Shown: positions 1-9,382 of the stretch, piece by piece | How the letters are laid out: each line of letters begins with the position of its first letter | Numbering within the stretch: the stretch's first letter is position 1 | Assembly (NCBI GenBank): GCA_043817155.1 | Contig: JBDRHE010000059.1 | Coordinates: forward strand, 65,540-129,539 | DNA from: Candidatus Omnitrophota bacterium | Lineage (GTDB): Bacteria > Omnitrophota > Gorgyraeia > JABMRN01 > RBG-13-46-9 | Length of the DNA stretch: 64,000 bases | Direction of reading: 5' to 3' | The notes under the pieces: model-generated | Database searches by the model: none | Seen by the model: the letters and a program-made list of their open reading frames with translations, nothing else | Told to the model about the DNA's origin: nothing | Position numbers and translations under genes: made by a program

Positions 1-28
1 CCGGTGATCAAAACACTCTTTATCTCCT

Positions 29-1585
29 TCATTTCAATAGCCTCGTAATGAATTTCACAAGATCCACGTAACTGACCGGCTCCCTGTTGCATACAATGCG
101 AACCGCAAGTGAGCCCACCGCGTTCCCGATAAAAGATACAAGATCCTGGGGTAGCCCTTTCGCAAAACATGGCGCCACAAAAGAGAAGAACGCATCTCCG
201 GCCCCGATAGCATCGATAACCTGATAAGATAACGCAGGCGATTCATGGAATCCATCCGACCTGGAATAGGATAGTGAACCATGCGGCCCGCGGGTAGCGA
301 TGATATGTCCGCATCCCAACTGGTCATATATTCTCTTAGCAAGTGTACGCAAATTGCTCACCTTGTCGTGCGTAGCAAAGCGAAGTTCCATCTCGTCTAT
401 ACACACGCAGTTTGCGCGCGGATACTTCGTAACAAGATTAAACCCTATATTGGCGCTGTTCGTCTGTACATTTACAGCCAAATATTTAGCTTTTCGGCAG
501 ATGAGTTTTATGAGTTTTTTGGAAAGAAGCCCGTGCCCAAAATCCGAGACTACTATAAGATCATACCCCTTTAGGACCTTTTCCAAATACTGCCCTATCT
601 CAGTTTCAATATCTCGCTCGATAGTGTTATCGCCTATATGACAGATCTCGAATAGCTTCCTGTTGGTTCCTTCGTTAACGAACCTTCTCTTTACGACGGT
701 TTCCGCGTTAAGGCTTCGGAAGAATATCGGGTGGACGTTAGGCATCAACCTCTCCCGGATAAAATTCTCTACCGGGTCGTTCTCCCTGATCAAAGTCACG
801 AGATCAACATGATTACATACGCTTCCAACATTGTTTGCGGTGGCCAGGCTGCCGCCTGTAAATGATTCTTCCGATATGTAGCGGTTGGCGATAAGATGCT
901 CCTTGGAGGACTTCCCCATTGGCGAGCAATAATGGTACTGGTCTATTATGGCATCGCCGATCACCAGAGTCTTCATATTCCTAAGAGAGTTCAGACTATC
1001 CGTTACAGAACCTATGGTGTACCGCTTTCCGAGAGCTTTCAGATACTTTAAAGTTCTGGGAGGATATGGTTCCAGATAATCGCTTATCAGCTTTGATGAA
1101 CTGAATGTTATATCATCGGTAAACGCCATGCGTCCGCCTACCGATTTAACCGCCTCTTCCTCTTCATAGATCTTTCCGGTCACATCATCGGTCCTTCTTG
1201 AATACTCTGCTCCTTTAACATAAACATCGGGTTTCAGGAGCTTGATAGAATCGGTTGCCGTAGAAGAACCTGCTATCGCAACGAAGTCGGTAACGGCCAA
1301 AGATGCAAGTGTCTCCGCCCTTAAATGTTCGTTAAAGATCGGACGACCCGGCCCTCTCTTGACATGCTCGTCTCTTGTAATAGTAACCACGAGGACGTCT
1401 CCCTCTTTCTTCGCCAAATTGAAGTGTCGGATATGACCAAGATGAACAACGTCAAAGACACCGTGGCATTGGACTATCTTCTTTCCTCTCTTTTTGAAAT
1501 TTGCCACTATATCTGCGAGTGAATTTAAAGTCTTTATCTTCTTTGCGGTCTTATGATCCATATTAATCCTTTGCCAAATATGCAA
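29..1585 (-). CDS. Bifunctional sugar-phosphate nucleotidyltransferase / PfkB-family carbohydrate kinase, HldE/RfaE-like with swapped domain order (likely start near 1561, MDHKTAKK)
   Basis: N-terminal cytidylyltransferase-like HxGH motif (CHGVFDVVHLGHIRH) and block resembling HldE domain II; C-terminal PfkB kinase with DAIGAGDAF signature. This order is reversed relative to E. coli HldE. Confidence 0.6.
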   Translation of the reverse strand: MHIWQRINMDHKTAKKIKTLNSLADIVANFKKRGKKIVQCHGVFDVVHLGHIRHFNLAKKEGDVLVVTITRDEHVKRGPGRPIFNEHLRAETLASLAVTDFVAIAGSSTATDSIKLLKPDVYVKGAEYSRRTDDVTGKIYEEEEAVKSVGGRMAFTDDITFSSSKLISDYLEPYPPRTLKYLKALGKRYTIGSVTDSLNSLRNMKTLVIGDAIIDQYHYCSPMGKSSKEHLIANRYISEESFTGGSLATANNVGSVCNHVDLVTLIRENDPVENFIRERLMPNVHPIFFRSLNAETVVKRRFVNEGTNRKLFEICHIGDNTIERDIETEIGQYLEKVLKGYDLIVVSDFGHGLLSKKLIKLICRKAKYLAVNVQTNSANIGFNLVTKYPRANCVCIDEMELRFATHDKVSNLRTLAKRIYDQLGCGHIIATRGPHGSLSYSRSDGFHESPALSYQVIDAIGAGDAFFSFVAPCFAKGLPQDLVSFIGNAVGSLAVRIVCNREPVSYVDLVKFITRLLK

Positions 1586-2561
1586 ACCACTCCCGCGTGG
1601 CTTCCTTTATACTTTCTGGGTTCCACACTGGCGAACCTCGCCAATTATCTATATGACTTAACATAATCTCTACGCCCTCTTCAAAGCTGACTCGAGACTC
1701 CCATCCCAAAGCCTCTTTTACTTTCAGCGTATCAGCATGTGTGCATTCCGGTTCCCCGGGCCTTTTAGGGATGTGCGTACTTTTTCCGCCCAAAAGCTTC
1801 ACAAGAGAATTGATGCTTTGAGGGGTTCCCGAGCCTATATTAAATATTTCGTCCCTTATATTCGATCGCGCGGCACGTATAAATGCCTCTACCACGTCGT
1901 TAACAAACACAAAATCTCTTCTCTGCTCTCCGTCACCGACAATAGTAAATGAGGAACCGGCAAGCTTCTGTGCAAGAAAGACGCCGAATACCGCGCCGTA
2001 CGTTCCGGATGTCCTCGCCCGAGGACCGTAGACGTTGAATAGCCTTAACGAAACACACGGCATATCATATACTCTTCCCCAGTGCGTTACATATTGCTCA
2101 CCAACATACTTGGTAAGGGCATAGGGGTACATGGGCTTTATCGGAGCTGTCTCCCGCGTAGGCAATTCATCCGATATGCCATAACAAGAAGAGGATGCCG
2201 CGTATACAAATCGCCGAACGCCTGCCATTCGCGCTGCCTCCAGCACCGAAATAGTTCCGTCTACATTGGACCTGTGGTATTTTAATGGTTCCCGGATAGA
2301 AGGTACGATATCTGCAAGCGCGGCCAGGTGATATACCGAATGAACACCATGAAAATGATCCTTAATCTTATCGAAATCCGAAACGTCTACGTCGGAAATG
2401 GTTAGCCTGGAGTTGTCCGAAACGTTATCCAGGTTCTCTCTTTTGCCGTTTGAAAAATTATCAAGGACAATAACGTTCTCCCCATCACCGAGCAGGCGCT
2501 CAACCAGATGGCTACCTATAAAACCCGCGCCACCTGTAACAATTACCTTTTGACCGTTCAT
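1563..2561 (-). CDS. NAD-dependent sugar epimerase/dehydratase (extended SDR, UDP-sugar 4-epimerase-like)
   Basis: N-terminal [11 protein letters not shown] Rossmann motif; YxxxK catalytic motif (YALTKYVGE). Confidence 0.7.
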   Translation of the reverse strand: MNGQKVIVTGGAGFIGSHLVERLLGDGENVIVLDNFSNGKRENLDNVSDNSRLTISDVDVSDFDKIKDHFHGVHSVYHLAALADIVPSIREPLKYHRSNVDGTISVLEAARMAGVRRFVYAASSSCYGISDELPTRETAPIKPMYPYALTKYVGEQYVTHWGRVYDMPCVSLRLFNVYGPRARTSGTYGAVFGVFLAQKLAGSSFTIVGDGEQRRDFVFVNDVVEAFIRAARSNIRDEIFNIGSGTPQSINSLVKLLGGKSTHIPKRPGEPECTHADTLKVKEALGWESRVSFEEGVEIMLSHIDNWRGSPVWNPESIKEATREWFAYLAKD

Positions 2562-2570
2562 AAGATGTCC

Positions 2571-3761
2571 TTATTTATGCTTACCCACGCTATCCAATTT
2601 AAGGTCGAAGAAGGACTTCTTTGCGTTTGAGAGATCGGCCCTTTTCATTATGTCAACTATCCTCTTGGCGGCCCTTCCGTCACCGTACGGATTCTTCACA
2701 TTTCTGCAAATATTTCTAAAGTCAGCGGAATATGCGATTCTGAAAGCTCTCTTAATAGAGTTGAGACTGCCGTCAGCGTCAATGATCGATGCGGTCTTGA
2801 TCCTGCCAAGCTGCCTGGTCCCTACATTGACCGTTGGAATGCCGAAGGAAGGCGCCTCTATTATGCCGCTCGATGAATTACCCGCAACAACATCCATGTG
2901 CCGAAGGGCGCTTAAATATAGCGACCTCCCCATGGATGTGAAGCATGCAACCTTGTCTCTCCGATGAGAAACAAACCTGTCTATTAGAGCGTTTATCATC
3001 TTAGAATACATGTCGGGATTAGGCCGGGTAATTATTACCTTTGTATCCGCAAGCCCGCCCACAACCCCTAAGAGGTGTTTTAATTGTTCTTCCGAAACGG
3101 ATCTCTTTTCAGCCGTCATGGGGTTAAAGGTTATGATTATATTCCTCTTCCCAAGCTTAAACTTTATCTTCTTTTCAAATTCGTCTCTTTTAAATAATTC
3201 AGTATTTGCTATATTGTCCAGGCCCAAAGTACCGACATTGAATACACGCTCCGGCGCCTCACCCATCTGTATTACTCTATTTCTATAAGTATCTGTCGAT
3301 ACAAAATGCAAAAATGACATCTTTGTAATTGCATGCCTGAGGCTCTCATCGAGCGACCCTTCGGTCAATTCTCCACCGTTGATATGAGCGATCGGTATCT
3401 TCAGGAAGAGACATGCTACTCCTGCTGCCAGTGATTCAAACCGGTCACCCAATAAGAATACCGCGTCCGGCTTAAGAGCCCTTAATGCCTTCGTAAAGCC
3501 TGTAATGCCGGCGCTCACCGATCCGGCTATTGCGCCGGCGGTATCGCGGGAGAGCGGAAGCTTCACCTTGCGGTCTATTCTAAAACCGTCTCCTTCAATT
3601 TCTCTATAGGTTAAACCATATTCCGGTGAGAGATGCGCCCCTGTCGCCACAATCTGCAAAATATTGCGCCCCTTATTATTCTTTATCTCTGTAGCCAGGG
3701 GATAGAATAAGCCCCATTCGGCTCTCGTACCCGTCATAATGCAAAGTCTTCTCTTCTTCAT
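2571..3761 (-). CDS. UDP-N-acetylglucosamine 2-epimerase, hydrolysing type (NeuC/LegG-like)
   Basis: N-terminal CIMTGTRAEWGL motif typical of NeuC-type hydrolysing 2-epimerases; length 396 aa; directly downstream of a NeuB-family synthase. Confidence 0.7.
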   Translation of the reverse strand: MKKRRLCIMTGTRAEWGLFYPLATEIKNNKGRNILQIVATGAHLSPEYGLTYREIEGDGFRIDRKVKLPLSRDTAGAIAGSVSAGITGFTKALRALKPDAVFLLGDRFESLAAGVACLFLKIPIAHINGGELTEGSLDESLRHAITKMSFLHFVSTDTYRNRVIQMGEAPERVFNVGTLGLDNIANTELFKRDEFEKKIKFKLGKRNIIITFNPMTAEKRSVSEEQLKHLLGVVGGLADTKVIITRPNPDMYSKMINALIDRFVSHRRDKVACFTSMGRSLYLSALRHMDVVAGNSSSGIIEAPSFGIPTVNVGTRQLGRIKTASIIDADGSLNSIKRAFRIAYSADFRNICRNVKNPYGDGRAAKRIVDIMKRADLSNAKKSFFDLKLDSVGKHK

Positions 3762-5410
3762 AATTCTATAAACTCGTCTTTCTTAAAATCTCTTTTGGCG
3801 GCCCTTCCGAGCACATCATTCCATTCCATCGCGCTGATACCGGTGGCGGGTCTCTTCGTCGTCACATTCCCGGAAACGAATAGTTCCCCTCTTCTTATAG
3901 GCTTTGCCGCAATGATACTCTTGCGAACTATGGATCTATTTCTCATTTCTGAACCCGATACCCTTTTAACACCGTCACCCAGCGCTCTTTCGACATTCCT
4001 TATAGCGGATATCATCCTCTTTAGCTCCCCGGGTTCAACGGAAGCCTTATGGTCAGGACCTTTGGCATTCTTATTCAATGTAAAGTGTTTTTCTATTATC
4101 GAGGCTCCGAGGGCGACCGCTGCCACCGCTGCTTCTATGCCGGAAGTGTGGTCAGAATAACCTATCTTCACATTCAGTACGTCTTTAATCGTCAGCATAG
4201 CCTTTAAATTGGCATCCTCGTAAGGGGTCGGGTAGGCTGTGTTACAATGTAGAACTGTTATCTTCTCTTTTGACGTCCCTGATTCTACCAAAATATTCAC
4301 CGCGCTGTCGATGTCGCTTAGATTGGCCATTCCGGTCGATAGTATGATCTCCTTCCTTAAGCTTCCAACCTTCTTCAGGTACGGTAAGTTCGTAAGCTCT
4401 CCGGAAGGGATCTTTAATCTCTTGAGCTTAAGATCTTTGAGGAGCTCTACGCTCTCCAGATCAAATGGGCTCGACAGGAATTCTATTCCCCGCGCCTTGC
4501 AGTGCCCTATAAGCTCACGGTGCGTCTTAACGTCAAGCTCCAATCTCTTTAGCATATCGAGCTGCGATTCTTTGGCGCCGGATCTGCTCTTCTGGTACCG
4601 GGCTTTGGGCGCGGCGGCGCTTGCTACTCTCTCTGCTTTGAATGTCTGAAATTTGACAGCATCCGCGCCTGCTCTGGCCGCTACATCGACCATCCTCTTT
4701 GCCGTCTTCACGCTACCGTTGTGATTAACGCCGGCTTCAGCTATGATGAAGGTTTTTTTATTCTTGTCATCTGCATCACTATATTTAGGAAGAGATCTCC
4801 GGCCATCCTGTACATCATGTCGGACCGTCATACCGGTTCCAACCATGCACCTCTTGCCGATCTTTATACATTGGATAACATTTGCGCCGGTCCCTATATG
4901 GGCCTCCTCAGCGACCTTAACCCCTCCGCTCAATGTAGCCCTGGGCGCCACATGCACGAAATCCCCTATAATACAATCGTGATCTATTGAAGAGTACGTA
5001 TTGATAATAACATTCCTGCCTATCTTTGCGCCCGGGTTTATAACAGCAGCTGCCGCCACGAATGTTCCCTCTCTCATCTTAACATCCCCTGCCACCACCG
5101 CTTTCGGATGAACAATGACCGGCAACCTGAATCCCAGATCTGCCAGCTTCGAATAGAGCTTCTTCCTTGATCCGCAATTCCCGATCGAGCCGATCGAAAT
5201 AAAGGCATTCTTTACGCCATCCTTGCGCAGTTGTTTAAGCATATTATCGCTTCCCAAAACCTTGATTCCAAGAACGGTAGCGCCCTTTTTCAATTTTGGA
5301 TCAAGTATCCCACGGATATCAAATACGCCGGAACGCTTAATCGCGTCTATAACAACTTTGCAGTGTCCGCCGCCCCCAACAAGGATAATCTCTTCTGGCA
5401 CTCTTTTCAT
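3758..5410 (-). CDS. Fusion protein: N-terminal hexapeptide-repeat sugar N-acetyltransferase (NeuD/PglD-like) + C-terminal NeuB-family nonulosonic acid synthase with SAF domain
   Basis: Residues ~1-200 show a left-handed beta-helix acetyltransferase pattern with GGGGHCKVV N-terminus. Residues ~215-550 carry the NeuB block (IIAEAGVNHNGS, KFQTF) and a C-terminal SAF domain. Confidence 0.7.
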   Translation of the reverse strand: MKRVPEEIILVGGGGHCKVVIDAIKRSGVFDIRGILDPKLKKGATVLGIKVLGSDNMLKQLRKDGVKNAFISIGSIGNCGSRKKLYSKLADLGFRLPVIVHPKAVVAGDVKMREGTFVAAAAVINPGAKIGRNVIINTYSSIDHDCIIGDFVHVAPRATLSGGVKVAEEAHIGTGANVIQCIKIGKRCMVGTGMTVRHDVQDGRRSLPKYSDADDKNKKTFIIAEAGVNHNGSVKTAKRMVDVAARAGADAVKFQTFKAERVASAAAPKARYQKSRSGAKESQLDMLKRLELDVKTHRELIGHCKARGIEFLSSPFDLESVELLKDLKLKRLKIPSGELTNLPYLKKVGSLRKEIILSTGMANLSDIDSAVNILVESGTSKEKITVLHCNTAYPTPYEDANLKAMLTIKDVLNVKIGYSDHTSGIEAAVAAVALGASIIEKHFTLNKNAKGPDHKASVEPGELKRMISAIRNVERALGDGVKRVSGSEMRNRSIVRKSIIAAKPIRRGELFVSGNVTTKRPATGISAMEWNDVLGRAAKRDFKKDEFIEL

Positions 5411-6504
5411 CTTTTAATAACTTTCCTTATCACATCACAAATGTAGTGAATGTCCGCTTGCGAATTGAGTGTAGAACTGGGGAGACACAGGCCCTTATTG
5501 TGTATCTCCTGCGAATTAGCGCAAGTACCCTGTCTATACTTCCGATAAGGTGGAAAATCTTTTACCGGCGTAAAGACACGTCTTGTAACAATATCCCGCT
5601 TTCGTAACCCTAACTGTAGCCTGGGTATATTGCCCTCATATGTGATGCATGAAAGCCAATAGGCGCTTTCTGCGTTGGGATACTCTTCTTGAAAACGGAT
5701 ACTTTTAATACTCTTTAGTTCTTCGCGATAGATCCTATTAAACGTACGCTTCTTTTCCAAAAAGCCATCCAGTCTCTTAAGCTGGGCAAGCCCGAGTGCC
5801 GCTTCGATGTTCGTCATCCTCTCATTAAATCCTATTTCGCGGTGATAGTATTTGCCCGATTCATCCTTTGCCTGATTTGCCAGGAATTTGATGTGCTCAA
5901 GGACCCGGGTACGTTTTCCGACTATCATGCCGCCGCCGCCTGTTGTAATGGTCTTATTTCCATTAAAACTGAAACATCCGAAATCACCGAAAGTACCGGT
6001 ATGCCTTTTCTTAAATTTAGCGCCCAGGCTTGCGGCCGCGTCCTCAACAACATAAACACCATACTTCTTGGCAATGCCCATGATCTGGCTAATGTTGCAG
6101 GGGTTGCCGTAAAGGTGTACCGGTATTATAGCCTTTGTTCTCCTGGTTATATGCTTCCTTACTTTATGCGGATCGATGTTCCATGTGTCCGGATCTACAT
6201 CGACAAATACTGGGGTAGCGCCGACATATATTACCGGATTGACCGTAGCTACAAATGTAAGCGCCGGCACGATCACTTCGTCGCCGGCTCCTATGCCAAG
6301 CTCCCTTAACGCAATATGTATGGCCGTTGTTCCGCTCTGTGTGGAGACTGCCCTATTTGCTCCCAGATATTTCGCAAAGTTCTTTTCAAATTCCGAAACA
6401 AAGGGCCCAACGGTCGAAACATAGCCTTTATCGATAGCGCTGTTTAAATAGCTCTTTTCCAGGGCCCCGACATTTGGAGCATCCAAAAGGATCTTCTTAT
6501 ACAT
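5407..6504 (-). CDS. DegT/DnrJ/EryC1/StrS-family PLP-dependent sugar aminotransferase
   Basis: Typical DegT N-terminus (LLDAPNVGALEKSYLNSAIDKGYVS...GPFVSEFE); length 365 aa. Confidence 0.75.
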   Translation of the reverse strand: MYKKILLDAPNVGALEKSYLNSAIDKGYVSTVGPFVSEFEKNFAKYLGANRAVSTQSGTTAIHIALRELGIGAGDEVIVPALTFVATVNPVIYVGATPVFVDVDPDTWNIDPHKVRKHITRRTKAIIPVHLYGNPCNISQIMGIAKKYGVYVVEDAAASLGAKFKKRHTGTFGDFGCFSFNGNKTITTGGGGMIVGKRTRVLEHIKFLANQAKDESGKYYHREIGFNERMTNIEAALGLAQLKRLDGFLEKKRTFNRIYREELKSIKSIRFQEEYPNAESAYWLSCITYEGNIPRLQLGLRKRDIVTRRVFTPVKDFPPYRKYRQGTCANSQEIHNKGLCLPSSTLNSQADIHYICDVIRKVIKR

Positions 6505-7540
6505 TATAAATATCCGATTTATAAAGATTCAGGTTTTTCTTGTTCTTAAGCCATTTTATGGTCGCATCCAGACCCTGATCAAGTGAAAATTTTGGCCTCC
6601 AATCAGTTAACCTTGTGATCTTCTCATTGCACCCCATAAGACGCATAACTTCTGAACTCTTTGGCCTTACCCTCTTTCGATGCAGTACTATCCTGGCTTT
6701 TGGACTCACCTTGTTGATGATCTTCCTTGCCACATCCCCTATACTGATCTCTTGCCCGGAAGCTATGTTCAATTCCTGCCCGATCGTCTTTTGCGAACAC
6801 GCTATAGCGATAAATCCCCGGCAAACATCCTTTACGTAGTTGAAATCTCTTACCGGAGCAAGTGACCCGAGTTTAATCTTCGTCTCTCCCTTTAGAAGCT
6901 GTGTAATGATGGTAGGTATGATCGCTCTAGCCGACTGCCTGGGTCCATAAGTATTAAAAGGGCGCGCAATGGTAACCGGCGCGTTGAAAGACCTCATAAA
7001 CGATTCGGCAATCTTATCGGCCCCTATCTTGGAAGCGCTATATGGAGACTGCCCTTGCAAGGGATGCGCTTCATTTATGGGCACAGACCTTGCCGTCCCG
7101 TAAACTTCTGATGTAGACGTTACAATGATCCTCTTTACCTTCTGTTCCAATCCGGCCTTGAGAATATTAAGAGTTCCTTTTATGTTGGTATCAATGTAAG
7201 AATCCGGGGAGTAGTATGAAAATGGTATTCCTATTAGCGCGGCCAGATGAAATACAATGTCGATACCTTTCATGGCCCGTCTCACCCCACCGGGATCGCG
7301 CACATCACCTGTAAATATCTCGATCTTATCCACTCTCTTCTTATCAAAGCTATCGAGCCAGCCCCAGGAATTGAAGGAATTGTAAAAGACGAAGGCCCTG
7401 ACCTTACAGCCTTCATCAAGCAAGTGTTCTACAAGGTGGCTTCCTATAAAACCGTCGGCTCCTGTTACGAGGACTTTTCTATTTTTTAATTCCATCGCTC
7501 TCCTTCGTGCCAAACGGAATATTACTCCACAATCTCTCAT
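6497..7540 (-). CDS. NAD-dependent sugar 4,6-dehydratase/epimerase (extended SDR); likely start at internal MELKNRK (~7495)
   Basis: [18 protein letters not shown] Rossmann motif and YSASKIGADK YxxxK motif; position within a legionaminic/pseudaminic-like module. Confidence 0.7.
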   Translation of the reverse strand: MRDCGVIFRLARRRAMELKNRKVLVTGADGFIGSHLVEHLLDEGCKVRAFVFYNSFNSWGWLDSFDKKRVDKIEIFTGDVRDPGGVRRAMKGIDIVFHLAALIGIPFSYYSPDSYIDTNIKGTLNILKAGLEQKVKRIIVTSTSEVYGTARSVPINEAHPLQGQSPYSASKIGADKIAESFMRSFNAPVTIARPFNTYGPRQSARAIIPTIITQLLKGETKIKLGSLAPVRDFNYVKDVCRGFIAIACSQKTIGQELNIASGQEISIGDVARKIINKVSPKARIVLHRKRVRPKSSEVMRLMGCNEKITRLTDWRPKFSLDQGLDATIKWLKNKKNLNLYKSDIYNV

Positions 7541-7700
7541 GTAGATAATATAGCGCTGTTTTCAGTCCGTTTGCCGCTAGGGCTATAACTGTTGATTGCT
7601 TAACGTCTTTAGTAATGAAATAGACAACCACCCAGGTAATAGCCACAGCCATAAACCGCCACGTTATAGTCTTCGCCACTGTTCTCCTGTGTCGCTCCAT
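7479..7700 (-). CDS. Small membrane protein (DUF2061-like)
   Basis: 73 aa with two predicted TM helices (TITWRFMAVAITWVVVYFI); assignment by resemblance only. Confidence 0.35.
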   Translation of the reverse strand: MERHRRTVAKTITWRFMAVAITWVVVYFITKDVKQSTVIALAANGLKTALYYLHERLWSNIPFGTKESDGIKK

Positions 7701-7704
7701 AGCA

Positions 7705-8259
7705 TCACCTCGTTAATGCCATCTCTTTTTTACCATTTCTTTTAGGTTTGATCTTAAATATATTACTCAAGAGTGTTGAATTAACGAGATTGAATAAGGA
7801 TTGGGCCTTGCCATGCAGGCTATTCAATTCATCCAATCTTTGTTTGAACAACCTCATGGTCCCCTGATCTTCTTCACTCGCGGAATTGATCACATTCAAA
7901 GCCTGGTAAGAAGAATCGATCATCTCCTTGAATTCAAGCATCCTATGTTGCGTCATAGACCTTACCCTATCCATTATTACTTTGGATATATCCCCTTCTG
8001 CTTCGTAATAGTCTCTTCTCGATCCCTTTACCCAGATTTTATGCACAGCCCCATACCGTTCAAGGGCCCTCATGTTGATGCTCGCGCTTCCCTTACTTAT
8101 CTTAAGCTGCTCCACCATGTCATTAAGCGACAGTGGCTTGCTGCTTAAGTAAAGAAGCGCATAAAGCTGGGCCATAATATTATTGAGTCCGAATTTAGCG
8201 CATATCTGGTTAATCTTGTCAAGAAATAGATACTGTGCCTGAGCCAATTCTTCATTCAT
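7705..8259 (-). CDS. Winged-helix transcriptional regulator, GbsR/MarR-like
   Basis: HTH region LSLNDMVEQLKISKGSASINMRALERYGAV followed by WVKGSRRDYYEA, reminiscent of the GbsR/OpcR choline-responsive repressor family. Confidence 0.5.
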   Translation of the reverse strand: MNEELAQAQYLFLDKINQICAKFGLNNIMAQLYALLYLSSKPLSLNDMVEQLKISKGSASINMRALERYGAVHKIWVKGSRRDYYEAEGDISKVIMDRVRSMTQHRMLEFKEMIDSSYQALNVINSASEEDQGTMRLFKQRLDELNSLHGKAQSLFNLVNSTLLSNIFKIKPKRNGKKEMALTR

Positions 8260-8420
8260 AAGGAACCTCCTCGTATAGCTTTTAATACTTCATTACTATC
8301 GTTTAGAATGTATTAAACGTATTATACAGTAAATAGCTTTCTTTGCAATCATTTTCTTACGTATTTAATTAGATTTAAAGAGCTTCTCCACAGCTTTGTT
8401 TCTGCTACAAATGCCGCAAG
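8260..8420 (-). promoter_or_regulatory. AT-rich putative promoter region for the regulator gene at 7705-8259
   Basis: AT-rich stretch immediately 5' of the regulator start; no specific -10/-35 elements assigned. Confidence 0.2.
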
Positions 8421-8475
8421 AAAGCACTGTCTACGTTTTGTAAAAAGCCGCCTGGGTTGACAACGCTACAACAGA

Positions 8476-8748
8476 CCCAATGGCGCTGCCGGCAAATGGA
8501 GAGCATTCTGATAATAATCTGATAAGAAGAATTGCCCGCTCACGTTTTGAATTAATTCAAAAAAAATTCATTGCGGGACGGCATCTTCTTGCGGAGAGAA
8601 GAGGGCGCCTGCGGAACTCGGCCGCATGGAAGCGGCCTCATACATCCTCGGCGCTCTTTGCCTCAAAATTGTGGCAAAGAACCTCTTCTCTCCTTAAGAA
8701 GATACCTCAATTCTTAATGCTCTCCATTTGCCGACAGTGCCATTGGGC
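8476..8748 (+). repeat. Structured palindromic element, family C copy 1 (31-nt terminal inverted arms, nested 25-nt inner stem, conserved ~75-nt core)
   Basis: Arms 8476-8507 and 8716-8748 are reverse complements (30/32). The core is nearly identical to 60085-60210 in inverse orientation. Confidence 0.8.
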
Positions 8749-8759
8749 CTCTTCATGCA

Positions 8760-9062
8760 AAAGAAGAAAAACAGAATTCAAAGGAGCCCCATTGGAAAAT
8801 GTTAGCCTTTTATTGAGATGAGGAGAGGTTTCCTTTGTCAGAATATTTTCATACAAAAAAGGATACCACCTGTGTCTGAACCCTACACAATTTTGTCGCA
8901 GACAAAATTGCATTAGGACTGTCCTATAGAAATTCTGCTTTTCTATATTCTAGCAGAATTTCTATAGGGGCCCACACCTTTGGTGTGGGGTGAGTTGCGG
9001 CATCCCCTCTTCTCATTTCAATAAGAGGCATTACCTAATCAAGTAAGGTAAACATTTTCTGG
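8760..9062 (+). repeat. Structured palindromic element, family B copy 1 (19-nt terminal inverted repeat ttattgagatgagaagagg), carrying an inserted perfect 17-bp palindrome at 8923-8968
   Basis: Homologous in inverse orientation to 59398-59640. Internal stem ccacacctttggtgtgg corresponds to ccgcactttatgtgcgg in copy 2. Confidence 0.8.
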
Positions 9063-9118
9063 GAAATGAATTCTGTTTTTCTTCTTTTCTGTAGCTAGGT
9101 CTCGTAGATAATAGGCTT

Positions 9119-9321
9119 GGCAAAAGAGAAGGGGGCCTTCTTCAGGCGCATATTCTCTCTTTGTCTCTTTACAAGGTGAGAGTTGGTATTTTAGGTATAC
9201 GTGAATCTTGGATTACGGCATTTCCTCAATATCCAACGATCACCTTATAAAGAGGCAAGAAGAGAGAATCTTTGCATAATCTTTTATGCATAAGCCTGAA
9301 GAAGGCCCCTTCTCTTTTGCC
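9119..9321. repeat. ~200-bp near-perfect long hairpin (28-bp outer inverted repeat plus nested inner inverted repeats); possible terminator or MITE-like element
   Basis: ggcaaaagagaagggggccttcttcaggc at 9119-9147 versus gcctgaagaaggccccttctcttttgcc at 9294-9321. Lies immediately 3' of the CDS ending at 9383. Confidence 0.6.
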
Positions 9322-9382
9322 TTTAGGGATTCCCGTGGGGGATAGATATGTAACATCGTAAGTATTGTAATTCTCAGATGTT

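Noticed and set aside
8480-8913. Predicted small ORFs 8480-8821(+), 8707-8913(-) and 9226-9414(-) in the 1.1-kb gap
   Set aside because: They lie wholly within the palindromic repeat elements, have no recognisable domains or start context, and their reading frames are by-products of the inverted repeats.
8260-9382. Mobile element (IS/transposon) explanation for the terminal inverted repeats
   Set aside because: No transposase, integrase or recombinase ORF is present anywhere in the window. The elements look like non-autonomous structured repeats, so they are not called mobile_element. MITE-like behaviour is not excluded.
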